From assembly GCA_900617105.1 (NCBI GenBank), contig UYFQ01000083.1, forward strand, positions 62,001 through 126,000: a DNA stretch of 64,000 nucleotides, written 5' to 3'. The translations under genes were made by a program, and so were the position numbers. Of the stretch, positions 36,901 to 49,768 are shown piece after piece; within the stretch, counting starts at the first letter, position 1; each line of letters opens with the position of its first letter. Source of the DNA: Hydrurus foetidus (lineage: Eukaryota). Under the pieces are notes generated by a model that saw only the letters and a list, made by a program, of their open reading frames with translations, was not told the origin of the DNA and searched no databases.

Positions 36901-37899
36901 CATGCGAGATGTTTCAGTGTGACTGTCCGTACCGTATACCGTACGAACGTTTTATAGTGAGAAAACAGAAAACCACTGCAACCCTCTCTCGCATGACACA
37001 CGGTATGAAGTGTAATATATCATGTGCTACGAAGCCACGGTGCACCTATTAGGCTTCTTATTCATTATACGACGTGTAAAATTTGGGAAAAAGATTCGGC
37101 AATTTGGCATGAAAGAATAGGCAATCAAATGTTCTCACTTACTTTCTCCTCGATGTAATCAACAGTTCCAGATATGATGGAAATTGCTGACTGATTGATT
37201 ATATTATATATTCTCTAATTATAGCGGCTCCAAAATGGTGACAGAAAATCAGCGATCTCTCAACACGCTATTTCACCCACCGCCTATAAGTGGGCGTACT
37301 TTTTATTTGTCACTACATATTGATTGTTGGTTACAGATGATCCCGACTGTACTAGGAAATAAAGTATTTAGTACGGTACCAAAAATAGAGAGAAAATGAT
37401 AAAACTGCACATACTGATCCGTAACATATTGATATGTCAAGGCATGAAGTGAGCAGACGTCACTTGCGATTATTGGGCTCATCTTTTGTAATGATACTAT
37501 TCGATGCTTATTTGTAGAAATAATTTTAGTTATTGATGATTATTCCCTGCCCAGAATTTCCTTTCCGCTCGGAAATCATGTTGACTGTCGACCTGTCACA
37601 TTCAAAATTCTGCGATACCCTCAATGTATTTAAAGAAAATTCAGTATTTTACTGAGTTTCTAGTGCTTCATTAAGTTGCTCGCATCACAGTCACAATCCA
37701 TCGATGAGAGAACGCAGTGTTAGTGTCGACATCCTGCGTTGAGACTTATCTTCCTCAATAGAAGTAAATGCCCCATCTGACTCCACCCTCTGAACGAAGG
37801 ATGACTGCGTTGTCCAGTGTTTTGTGCAGCTTGAGATGCATCGGCTACGAGCTCCTCCCTGTACACCCTCAGTACGCGTACAAACAAACTAAAACTTTC

Positions 37900-38483
37900 A
37901 TGAGAATACTGAAAGAAAGCTCGAAAATTATAGGCAGCAAATATCTGGAACTGATCAGAGCAACATTGAAATATTCGGCTGGCGTAAAACTAAGAACATG
38001 GCTTCAAATGCTCCTTTGGACACTGATTTGGAATCTATTCATCCTAATCGAGTTCGGATCTCTCTTCATCATTATATCTCTATTTGCGGCCATGTTTTGT
38101 AACCTCGGACAGAGAGAAGAGGGAGATCTCTCTGCTTACAGTGTCTTCAATAAGGGATATACCACTCTTCTCGGCCAGTCAACTGGTCAGCAATTTGATA
38201 AGGAGATAAGACACAACTTTGTTGATGACGATGAAGAAGAAGTGAGAATACACCGCGATGATCCCAAGGATCCACTACCAAAAGGCAAGTCGAATTACTG
38301 AGATTGTCTGAAACTCTAGACTGAATAATTGGTGACGCAGAACAGAAAGGTGACATTTTTCTTCGATTTATAGGTTTGGTACGAAGGACGGGAAAGAAAG
38401 CGAGAAGAACCTACGAGGCGCGACTTGAAAAAAGAAGATTGGATGGCGAGCAACCAGAAAATTTTGAGGAGTTTCTGAATTGA
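37900..38483 (+). CDS. SAYSD1: SAYSvFN domain-containing protein
   Basis: IEFGSLFIIISLFAAMFCNLGQREEGDLSAYSVFNKGYTTLLG. Second exon 38374-38483 (LVRRTGKKARR...) joined by a GC-AG intron 38285-38373. Upstream in-frame ATG at 37768 also possible. Confidence 0.85.
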
Positions 38484-39209
38484 GAGGGTCTGCAGGATGT
38501 GCAGAAAAGTGGAGACATTTAGTTACATAGTTGCCATAGCAGACTGAGCATCTAACCACACGTGGGATAATCTTTTAAGTATTGTGACTGTCACGAAAGA
38601 GCTTATCTATTATATGTCTTACATACACTTGCGGAACATAGTTCTTCCAAGTCCGTAATTTTTCTTTATCGTGGAGCTAAATTATCTTTTACTGTGAAGA
38701 TGAATTTCCTGCTGCTTAAAAGGAATGAGTTTTTCCTGAAGAGATATTTTTATGCTTCATTTACCATGCGGTGCTATAACAGTAGAAATTTCGGAATCGG
38801 AGACTGTGGATGCGAGCTTTTCTCATTAATCATCTCGCACTGTTGAAGTGATCGTATGTTCTGTAATGCATGTAAATCCTCACTAATGATGATATGATAA
38901 TTTGATAATAATGTAAGACTATTTGTCACCTTTCGAGAGTGGCTTGTATGCTCTCTTAGTCCAGTCAGATTAATTTGCTGCTAGCCTACATTCTAGCTCA
39001 GATAAATTCCATAAACTTCGCCACTTAATGATAACCGAACTTCTGGTGTGGTGTCCGAACTATTGATCTCCAGAGTGAGGTTTGGTAATCATTGCCCTCT
39101 TCAAAACTGTTGGAGTATCGCAGTTGTGGCGTTGATGACCTTCTCCTCTACGTACACATCGTCCTCTCATGATCGCGCAGTAAATGGCAAGAGTAGAGCC
39201 CTCACTTTA

Positions 39210-39491
39210 TTAACAATGATGATGATGATGATTGTCGTGCTGTGATTGTGACGTCAATTGTAGAATGAAGCTCCTCGCCTTGTAGCCGATGTAAAATGTC
39301 ACAGCGCATGCTGTCGCTGCCTTTATCATCAGAATTCTTCTTCTTTGAATTTGATCCTTCAAAGCGGCGAGTTCTCCTTTAAGTTGGTCGACTTCAGAAT
39401 TTGAGCTTGCACTTTTCGTTGAGTATATGGCATAACATACAGCTGCAGAACCAGCAAGACTGCCAAAAAGTAATAGCGTGGCGTGTTTCAT
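39210..39491 (-). CDS. Small hypothetical protein with two hydrophobic segments around a short coiled coil
   Basis: MKHATLLLFGSLAGSAAVCYAIY...EVDQLKGELAALKDQIQRRR...AATACAVTFYIGY looks protein-like; 3' end uncertain. Confidence 0.45.
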   Translation of the reverse strand: MKHATLLLFGSLAGSAAVCYAIYSTKSASSNSEVDQLKGELAALKDQIQRRRILMIKAATACAVTFYIGYKARSFILQLTSQSQHDNHHHHHC

Positions 39492-40020
39492 GATCGATAG
39501 CAGTCCACAGCAGTTATTTAATACTCCTCCCTCATGACAATGTTGCCTGCTACCTGCTATCTGTCCGAAAACTTGAGCACAGGCTGATGATTCGTTTGGA
39601 GTTGAGTTCAGTGTTTGGACGCGCGAGCACGCGTACTGTAGCTTGTTACGTTTCACACAGTTGAGTTCCGGGTTCCGCGCCGGAGATTACGGTCAATCGT
39701 ACCGGCCACCCCCTTTCTTGTGCCATCCATCATTTTTGCGTTTTTATGCTAGTTATTAGAGGTATTCAATATATGATAGTAGAAAATGTTGCATTACACC
39801 AGCAATTACACCGCGATTCAAATTAAATAAGAAGCAGACGACAATCTCGTAGTCGCTGCAATTACCCCAAAAAAATCTGCACTGTTCTCACACAATCGAT
39901 AGAATCTGTTGCATGTCGTATGTTATTGTCCCCAACAAGTAAGTGATAATAATTATCGTGAAGTCAAAGGCTGGACAGAACAACCGAAATTATGCTTGAG
40001 ACTAACGATGACGAAGGACT

Positions 40021-41504
40021 CTAAATCGATATATGCTGCTGGCTGTTATTTTGATTCATTATTTCGTTATTTGAATTTTCGATCATTCCCTTTAGGAAGA
40101 ATTCTCCTGCCTTATAAGAAGATCTCACCATGGGCCCTGAAGCGACATACTTGAATCCCATTTGTTCTGCTTCAGTTTGCCACGCGGTGAACTCTTCAGG
40201 CGGTACGTAACGTACGACACTTATATGACGTCTTGAGGGGCGTAAGTACTGACCGAACGTTATCACATCGACATCCGCAGCACGGAGATCTCTCAGCAAA
40301 GACCTGATATCCTCGGGCTCTTCCCCTAGTCCCAGCATGAGAGACGTTTTGGTTATCAAGGGGCTCTTTCCCAGTGCTGCCCTTGAGGACGCTGCTGCGC
40401 TCTTCGCGTGTTTCAGAACATTTATCGTCTGATTGTATCCCGCTCTGTAGTCACGGACTCTTCGTTGCAGCCTTTCCACCGTTTCAATCTGTTGTGATTC
40501 AGTAAAGAAAAAATATAAGCGTAGGACGAAAGTTGGTCAATGAGCAATCCACGACATTGTTGGCAATGCAAGAAATGATCCACGTAACTTGATACCGTCT
40601 TTTCGAATAGAAAATACAACAGTGAGATGTGAAGATATTCATCTCATGAGCCTTGGCAATTCTTACATTGTGTGCAAAAACATCGAGACCACTGTTTGCA
40701 ACGAGACCAACGAGATCAAGATCACCCCGGAAATCAGGTGTCAAGCACTCCACCAGGATATGTGGACTCCTCTCTTTCAGCAGACGAACTGTTTTTGCGA
40801 AGTGATTAGCGCCCTAAATATCACAGACGAGAGAAGTATTATCGAAGTTATTCATACACGTTTCAATTTGGTTTTCTCTCTCGAGTATTTCACAATAAAG
40901 AAGTGTTTATAGCACAGCAATTATCAGCAGATATGATCCGTAAAGGGAATTATAGCTTGGCGGTGTTCCATACCTGATCCTCCAATTCATCTCGGTCAAC
41001 AGATGTTAAGACAACATAGTCTAGACCCCAGGAAGTTATGGCAGAAGCAACATGTTCTGGTTCGTCAGGATCCAAGGCAGGTGGAGCTCTGGATGTTTTG
41101 ACCGCACAGAAAGCGCATCCTCGAGTGCATGTGTCACCCATTATCATAATTGTGGCAGTAGCAGTTCCTTTTTTGCCTCCCCAACATTCACCGATGTTCG
41201 GGCACCTTGCCTCTTCACAAACTGTCGCTAGTTTTAACGTTCGAACGGTATCTCTGAGACGTTCATAATTTTCACCGCGGGGCACCTCTGCCTTCAACCA
41301 AGCAGGCTTCGCAAGAGTTGTTTTTGAGCCTTTATTGGTAACTGTAGTAAAGCCAACAGTTTTCCCCATAAGGTCATCATTTTCCAATTGATATCTCATC
41401 GATTCCCTTGTTGTTGAGGCCGAGGCAGTAGCGGATGAGCTGGACGCTCTCGACGTCAGACGCGAAGTCCCTCCTCTCAATTTACAGACCGCCTGCTTCA
41501 TCAT
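40021..41504 (-). CDS. LIAS: Lipoyl synthase (radical SAM), mitochondrial type
   Basis: [66 protein letters not shown]; Arg/Ser-rich N-terminal transit peptide; exons ~41504-40973, 40815-40667, 40488-40021. Confidence 0.96.
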
Positions 41505-41953
41505 TTCCTATCCTGTGGTACCTATTCACTTAAAATAGTTCTGCCAACTCCCTAGGAAACTACGATGGCCGAACGGCCTCGGAATGTGACCAAAGTTTGG
41601 CAACATCGCGATCTTGATTCCCTTCTTGGGAAGAAGTATCGCCGGAACCAAGATACAAGATACCCCCTTTCTGGAATTAGCACTGCATAGACCGGTCTAC
41701 CAGCGTACTTGATTGCGCAGAGTTGAAACTGGAAACATCAGCAGCTCTCCCATCACATCAGTAAGAACAACCCTGACAGGAGGCGTGAAGAACCGGTTTT
41801 CAAATCGGCATTGTGGAATTCCCTGTCATCATTTGGGCTTGTTCCTCATTTTTTAAAATTTGTATGCGAACCAGGAGTAGTGTGAACAGCATTTGACTTA
41901 CCTATCACCAAGCTTTTGTCCAGCCGTTTCAGACGACGCCGAGTTGATAGACG

Positions 41954-44900
41954 ATGGGCCTTTATCTGTCATCACCCTGTCGGGAGGTGGATGCAGAAGA
42001 GGGAACCGGCAATCACCTGCAGTATGCTGTAGGAGAGATGCAAGTAAGTAGCTCACCTTTCTGGAGTGGACTCGGTAATCATCAGTATTTTCGTATTACG
42101 AAGTCCCATCTGCATCTGTTATTGTTCGACTTAGTTAAAGCGAGTTGTTGAGGGGCAGTCCAATTCGACTTAGATCGCAAACACAACGCCAAAAATCACC
42201 GAGAAATGAAGATTTTTATATGTAGCTTACAGTACAGGAAACCCAACTAGTATCTCAACATCTGCAGTCCTTGGTAATGCGCTGACGCCACATCTTGTGT
42301 GTTCTTTGGAGGCATCCTCGTGAATTACTTCACAATTACATAGTGAATTTGGAGCTGACTTACCATTTTTTACATTTTCCGTAGGGCTGGAGAAGCCATA
42401 TGGAAGACGCGCATATCGCATGTCTCGATCTGGGAACTGACTTTAAAGAATCCGAGATAACAGAGGAGAGGAAGATCTTTCTGGACGGAATTGCGGTGTT
42501 TGGAGTGTTCGATGGCCATGGCGGTAAGTAGCATTTTATTTCCATATCTATTGAGGATTAAGGCCTCGAAGATTGATTAGATCTCGTACGACAGTGACAC
42601 ATTTGTGAAAGAAATGTTCACGCAGTATATAATGTTTCGACTTTGAACTATCTTCTACAGCCCTTAGGGTGTTGTCAATGATTTTAGATGAGTTATACGA
42701 TGTTATTTCAGATACAGAATGTTTGCTGGAGAAGAACCGGCATATCTATCAGTCACTACACATCCATACTGTAATTAAAATGAGAACAAAAACTAATGTT
42801 CACACTAAAATTCATTTCTGTGTAGGCAAGGAGGTTTCTTTGTTCGTGAAGAATTATTACTTGAACCAATTGATATCACAAGAGACGTTTAGAGAGGGAA
42901 ATATCGAAGCAGCACTTGCAGACTCGTTCCATCACATGGATGAAATGCTCAACGTTATCGTAAGAATGAGCACTTACTGTACTCTAAATTTTTTTGTACA
43001 TACGTTATTTTATTTTTTATTTTAAATTTTTTTAATATATAAAAGTGTGAGGTACTGTTAACGCCCACTTCATTACCTTGTCATGCCCCTACTAATATCA
43101 TTACCTTCCTTTCTTTCCATTTTTAAATAACTGTTTTTCACATTAATATGATAGGAATATGGACCCGTTTTGAAAGAATTTAAAAAGCGACCAAGCCCTT
43201 CTGAAATGAGCAAAATTAATTCGAGAAATAATAGTAACAGTTCAATTAAACCGCTGGGAATGTCCAGGTATGTTAATTAAATATTTGTCCCTCCACATAA
43301 ACACATTTCATCTTGATATTGCTCGTCTAAGTCAAAGTTCTCTGCTTGATTTTTTCCTCCACGTTATCTTCCCTTCGAATATTGAATTTTTTCCGGATGA
43401 AGTTTTTCATTCGATCAACTATCAGATGACTAGATGATGGACTAAACATCCCTATCTACTCGGCATCCCACCCTCACTATTTCTTACCTGTCTACTCTGC
43501 TATTCTACCCCAATTGTATTCCATTTTTATTCTATTTTATTACATTCACAGCATTCCAGCCAATGTGGCAATAAGCACGGGTGTCTTCCCTCCCTCCCCC
43601 GGACCCAGAGACGAAAATTCCGGACCCAGTCCAAGTTCCGGGTCCCCTCCTGTTTCATCCCCACTGTTCTCCAGGGAAGATCAGGGGTTCGAAACTGCAG
43701 ATGTAGAAGACAGAGTGAAATCAAGGCCTGAGTTATTGAATGAGCATGTTCTATCATCTCTGTCAGCTATTGAGGAGGATGGAGATAACATCAATAAAAT
43801 GGAAATATCACCTATTTCATCCACTCTATCCGGGAATATATTTAGTACACAGTTGTCATCCAAAAATGATGGTAGCGCATTTTCAATGACTGTGACAAAT
43901 GATGAAGAAATGACTGAAGCAGAACGCATTGAAAAAGAAGAAGAAGACAAATATTTTGATGACGTATTACGGGCAAACACAGTGGAGCCAGTACGCCATG
44001 AGAATATCGTCAAGGTAGTGAAAGAGGAGGAGGTGGCATTATCGGAGGAAGAAGAAGAAGACAAATATTTCGAAGCTGTCCTACGAGCGAACACGGAATG
44101 TTCTTCGGAATTCGAGAATACGGATGAGGAAGAAGGAATTGTGAGTCATGGTGGTAAGATCCCTCAAGGGTCAGAAATGTGTGAAAAAGAAGAAGAAAAG
44201 GAGGAAGAAAAAGAGAAAGAGAGTCAGAAAGAAAAAGAGAAAGAAATGACGTCATTGAGAGGAATGACAGTAATTGCACCAGACTTCGCGGGTGCAATGC
44301 GCGGGAGAAGGAAAAGCACCAACAGTGCCGTCACTGACACCACCGCCATCACTACCTCCTCTACTTCAACTTCAACTTCGAGTAAGGTCAATGCGTCAGC
44401 ATTAGAAGGAAACACCGTGTCACCTTTTTTGAAGATCAGAAATACAGGACGTACGGACGCGGATCCTGGGTCAGATTCCACCGGTGTGGTGGACTTCACC
44501 GAATCGCTGACAATGGAGGCGTTAGAAAAAGGTCCGGAACCGACCCCCTTTTCCCCCGCATTATCCCGGTCCCGCCCGGCCACTTCTCTTTCTTTTCGTT
44601 CCCCCTCTAGTAATTCAAATCCGTTTGGAAAAGATACAAGGGCGCGGAGTAAAAGTGGGGATAGTGATATTAAATTGAAGGCGGAGTTATTAAGTGAACA
44701 AGTTATTGAGAAAATAAATGTAAAAAAACTTGAAAATAGTGGAGAAAGTGACAGAAAAGATAGAATTGATCTAAGCACATTCAGCAAAGTTGCCACAAAT
44801 TTACAAAACGCCAGAATACAAAACGCAAAAATTCAAAATCTGAAAAGAAATGCGGAAGAAAAATCCCATTGGGATGGACTTTCAAATCCACCAGAAAATT

Positions 44901-47578
44901 CTGATGAAAAGTTAAACAATTCAGAATCTCAAACAAGTGGTGAGGAGGAAAATCCGGAAATGAAACAAGGAATAAACGGGAAAAAATGGCCCGCCCCGCC
45001 CCCCAATCCGACCCATGTGAGAGGAATCGCAACGGGAAAGCCGGCTACGGTATATTATGACGGAATTCCGTCCTGCAATTTATTGGAACATCGGGTCACA
45101 GCTGGATGTACTGCTGTAGTAGCGCTTAAAAAAGGAAATAAACTGTATGTTGCGAATGCAGGTAATGACGACTATCTCATACTGTCTTACATTGTTTAAT
45201 CTTTTCTTAATCTGTTCATCTATCATCATTCCTCGCTGTACCACTCGTCTCCTCTCATTCTCACTTCCCACTTCCTTATTTCTCAAAACTTTCTTCTCAC
45301 TCCTCTCCTAACTACCCTCTTCCTCGCTCTCCCCTTTGTCACTTCCCTTTTCCTCACCACCCTCTTTCTCCACTTCCCCCCCATCACCCTCTTCTCATTA
45401 CCCCATACCCTATTTCTCACCCGCCACACCTGCACTTCACTCTTCACAACAGGCGATTCCAGAGGGGTGTTATGTCGGGGAGGCATCGCCTATCCTCTCA
45501 GTGAAGACCACAAACCAACACAGGTGCGATATCTATTAATCTCCACTACCTTCTTCCTTCTCAATGCTGTTCTTGTTCTTAATGAACTCTGTAACTCTTT
45601 CTTTCTCGCCTTTTTTATGCTCACTTATCCGCTCACTAACTCTTTCCTCAATCTTCCATCATCTTCCCCTTGTCCTTCATTCCAATTTTCCTCGTTTACC
45701 GATATCGTCCATCACTGTCACGCACACCCATTCTTTCCTTTTCTCACTTTCTATCCCACATTATACACCCATCACTCACATCATTCCTCCTTTCCCTCTG
45801 CCTCCAATCACTTTACTATTACTCTCCAGGATCGCGAAACAAAGCGGATTATTGGTGCAGGAGGATTCGTGAACCATGTAGGCAGAATTAACGGAAATCT
45901 CAACGTGTCCAGGTAAAACAGTGACCACCATCTTCTCTCCCTCTTACCCTCCCTCCTTCTTCCCTCCCTCCCATCTTTTCCCTCCCACCATTCTTCCCTC
46001 CCTCCCTTCTTTTCCCTCCCACCATTCTTCCCTCCCGTCATACCTCCCCCTATCTCCTCTTGATCTCCAATTTTTGATGTTATCCCCAAAGGTCTCTAGG
46101 CGACCTTAAATATAAGCAATCCGATCACGTAGGCAGAGAAGGACAGGTAACATTGTGAAATGGCTCTAAATGCGGCAATTTTGTCAGTCCTCTGCAGCTT
46201 TGTTTGATTCTCGACTTGTTAGTTTTAATTATGTTATTTTTCTCGTACGTGCTGTAATAGTAGATATCTTTTTCCCTGGGTAGTGACTGAGTCTTCTTTT
46301 TCTATCAATATATCTGTTTATCCTTCTATGTAATGAAATCAATCTACGTACGTATTGCACTATCTCCCTACCCTTCCTCTTCTTCTCCCTCTACCCACCC
46401 CTCCCCCTCTTCATCTCAACACTCACTATCGCCAATAACACCCCCTTCTTCCCCTTCAGATGATAACGGCTCAGCCGGATGTAACCGTAACGGAACTCTT
46501 ACCTTCCGATGAATTCTTCATACTTGGCTGTGACGGTATCTGGGACTGTCTCACTTGCCAAGAAGCGGTGAGCGGCTTATTCCACAAAAAATTTTACATT
46601 TCATCCTTCATTTTTATACTAAACCGACACAATTAAATATTTTCTATATATGTTTATGTATCCTATCAATCGTTGCTTGCTTTTGCATGTTTTCGATGTC
46701 TAAGTTTTGCCTTTGCCCTCCCAACTGTCTCCAGACTTTCACTGAATCACTCCTTAACTCCTCCCCAACTGCACATCAATGCCTTACTCTTATTATCCAT
46801 CCTATCACAACTCGTGAATTTACTGATTACTGATTACTGATTACATGTTTTCACTTTCTATTTAGTGTGATCTCGTGGGTAGCAAGTTGAAGGCAGGAGT
46901 GCCACCCATGAAAGTAGTGGACCAGGTAGTGTAACACTACTCTTGTCCGCCACTATGAGCATCTTACCCGCGTGATAATATTCTTGGTGTTATTAAAGTG
47001 ATTCTCAACTCAGGGACTACTTACTTCTTCCTCTTGGTTACATTTCTTCTATCCCACTGTGTAGTGCTCATTTCGATCTTACAGTATCATTGTTCTCTGA
47101 TGCTTTCTGGCACGTGACATATTTTTCTAGATTCTATACGTTTTATTGGCACTAGTCCCATTGTAATTGTCACCACCATTCTTATCACGTGATTTCTTTT
47201 TCATCTACCACTCATTCACCTCCTCTTTTTTTCTCATCCCTTCTGTGCTTTTTTTCTTTTTTTCCTCTAATCATTTTTTCCCTCGTTTTTCTTTTCTGAC
47301 AGGTCCTTCAAGTGTGTCTAGCTGACAACCCTAAAGTCAGTGCTGGCAAAGGCGGAGACAATATGACATGCCTGATTGCCATACTAAAAAAGACAGAATG
47401 CGACACTTCAAATATTTCTGATAACAACGGTGATGTGAATGATGAGATAAACAATCAACTCCCAAATCCATCAACAAATATTAAGAACAATCAGCATGTG
47501 ATCAAAATAGATGACAACTCGAAATTAAATCTTTCCAGAAAAACAAATTACAAATTTCAGTTGGGTCACCTGGTATAA
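41954..47578 (+). CDS. Protein phosphatase 2C (PPM1G/PTC2-like) with large acidic/Ser-rich insertion
   Basis: MGLYLSSP (myristoylation-type N-terminus), MQ-GWRSHMEDAH, GVFDGHGG, AGCTAVVA, VANAG-DSR, LSEDHKP, GRINGNLNVSR-SLGD, ILGCDGIWD, GGDNMT. Confidence 0.93.
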
Positions 47579-49768
47579 ATAATAAAAAAAAAATTATTTC
47601 TCGGTTAATTATAACCCTAAATTGCGTAGATTCTTATAATGAAAATTCATCAAATATATGAAAAGGATATAAAATTTGGAATGAAATCTTCATTCCTACA
47701 TTCATCAGCAAAATAATGAAATCAATTTAAAAAATGCACGAAGTCATGAAACATAAATGCGTAAAAATGAATCGAGAAATCTCAAAATGAAAGTAAATTT
47801 TACTTGATTAGTTATAGGAACTGAATCTTCTTATTTTCTTTCATTCTATACTGAAGAAACTTGTAAACATAATGTTATTGTCGTACAGATGAATAGCCCA
47901 CAACACACAGTGCATTATAATCAAATCTCACATCGTTAGATCCACTCCCTTCTCATCTCCCCTCTTCTCTCTCACTTTCAATCACAATCCTTTTCTTTTT
48001 CATCTTCTACTCTTACTTGTGACGCGAACCAACCTCATATCTTATCTCTTTTTTTCAATATCGAATTGAAGTTTTCAATTCTGATTGACTTCACTTAATT
48101 TATTTATTTAAATGACAATTTAAGCAAATTTGTTTGGCTCAATTTATTGTGTCGTAATTGAAACTCGACTATTTTGACTTACTTTGCCTTTTTTCTTTGT
48201 AATTGTGATTGTCCAAAGTGATAGTTGATTTTTAAAAGCAGTGTTTGTAACTCGATAAGTGCGGACACTTTTTTCGTCAGATGATATTTAGTAGCGAAGT
48301 ATCACACTGCCGAAAACTGTAGTCGAAATAGGAAGAAATGAATGTAAAAGAATCAAACCAATGGGATAGTTCAACAACTGCAACATCCATCTAGCCGATT
48401 GTAATATACGACATTCACATCTTAGCTGTCATTTCGCAACTGCACACGCAGCAATGTAGCACACTATTTCCATTTCCATCTCTCTCACTTTCTCTCAATA
48501 TTTTCTTTACATTTTCTTTAGCACTTTCCTTTCTCTGTACATAATCACTCTTTACATAACTACCCCTCTCGTCTCTTTCTGTTTTTCTCATGCTAGTTGC
48601 TGTTTTATTTATTTGTTACTTTTTTCTCTCTTATTTTAATGTTAACATTCTCCAGTCTGAGTATTATTAATCAATCTAAACTCAGTTTTAATGTCCAATC
48701 TTTTTGAGAAACTGTTATCTGCTAATCGGATAGAATCCTATTAGCTGCTCCTCCGAGAATTCAATTTTACAATTTTATATTGTGACGTGTTGATGACGGA
48801 CAGACGGACGTCTGTAGAGATAGGGAGAGAGAATCTAGCCCCGCTATCCAGCCACTTCAATTGACCGCTTACCCTAAGCCTAATGAAGTCCTAAAGTTTA
48901 GTAGGGGGCTGGGGAAGGGGGTGATAACCTTTTTTATGATAACAAAGGAGACAAACATGTGCGCTGCTTCTTGTATATACTCGAAGACTGACGGACGTGC
49001 ATACGTTCTCATTCAAATGTACCATAAACTACAGCAGCAGAATTTAGTGCGCCATTGCCGTTGCCGCTATTTATTCGTTATTAGTAAAATAGATATGATG
49101 TGCGGCGTAATGTTAAAAATTAGTTACAAAAATAAAATTCAAAATAAAGCTTGTTAATTTAAAAAAGAAAAAGAACAAATAATATAGAAGTAGAAATCGT
49201 GATGAAATCATAGTAAATTTGCTGGTGAAATAAGATAGTACGTAACTCAATAGAATACAGCAAATTAAATTTCGCGTAATTATGCCGACAATTTGCCGTT
49301 TCAGTATGTTACCAAAGTGCATTTTGGAGTCCAGAAATTAGGACTAAAATTGGAAGGTTTTAGCATACGTAAAAAATAGGAGATAATAGTCCTATTTCAA
49401 GACTAATTTTTAAAGCCGATCTTTTAAAGCTTATTCTCACTTGATTGAATTTATTACTTCAAATAGTCGCATAATCTTTCTGATAGTATCACATTTTACA
49501 TTTCATACATTTCTTCATACATGTTTTCTATTTGCTTGCATATCTGATGCATTACACTCTGACACATCCCCCCCCCCTGTAATTTCTATTTCCACAACTT
49601 TTTAAACATTATCTTCCCAGAACAAACTAAACAATCCCTCTCGGAATTTTAGGATTTAAATTCTGTAGCACATTTCACCAAAATTAAGCGGTTTCCGTTA
49701 TTTTCATGGGAAGAATACAACATCACCAATTATTAGTGACGCAATAAATGATTGAAGACATTTTGAGC

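Noticed and set aside
153..41504. Lipid-metabolism gene cluster (ACP-DGAT2, PGP phosphatase, lipoyl synthase)
   Set aside because: Spread over 40 kb among unrelated genes and belonging to different pathways and compartments
43681..44796. Antisense ORFs overlapping the large PP2C exon (and similar ones over the Asn-rich exon 50010-50884)
   Set aside because: Shadow ORFs from biased codon composition of real exons on the opposite strand
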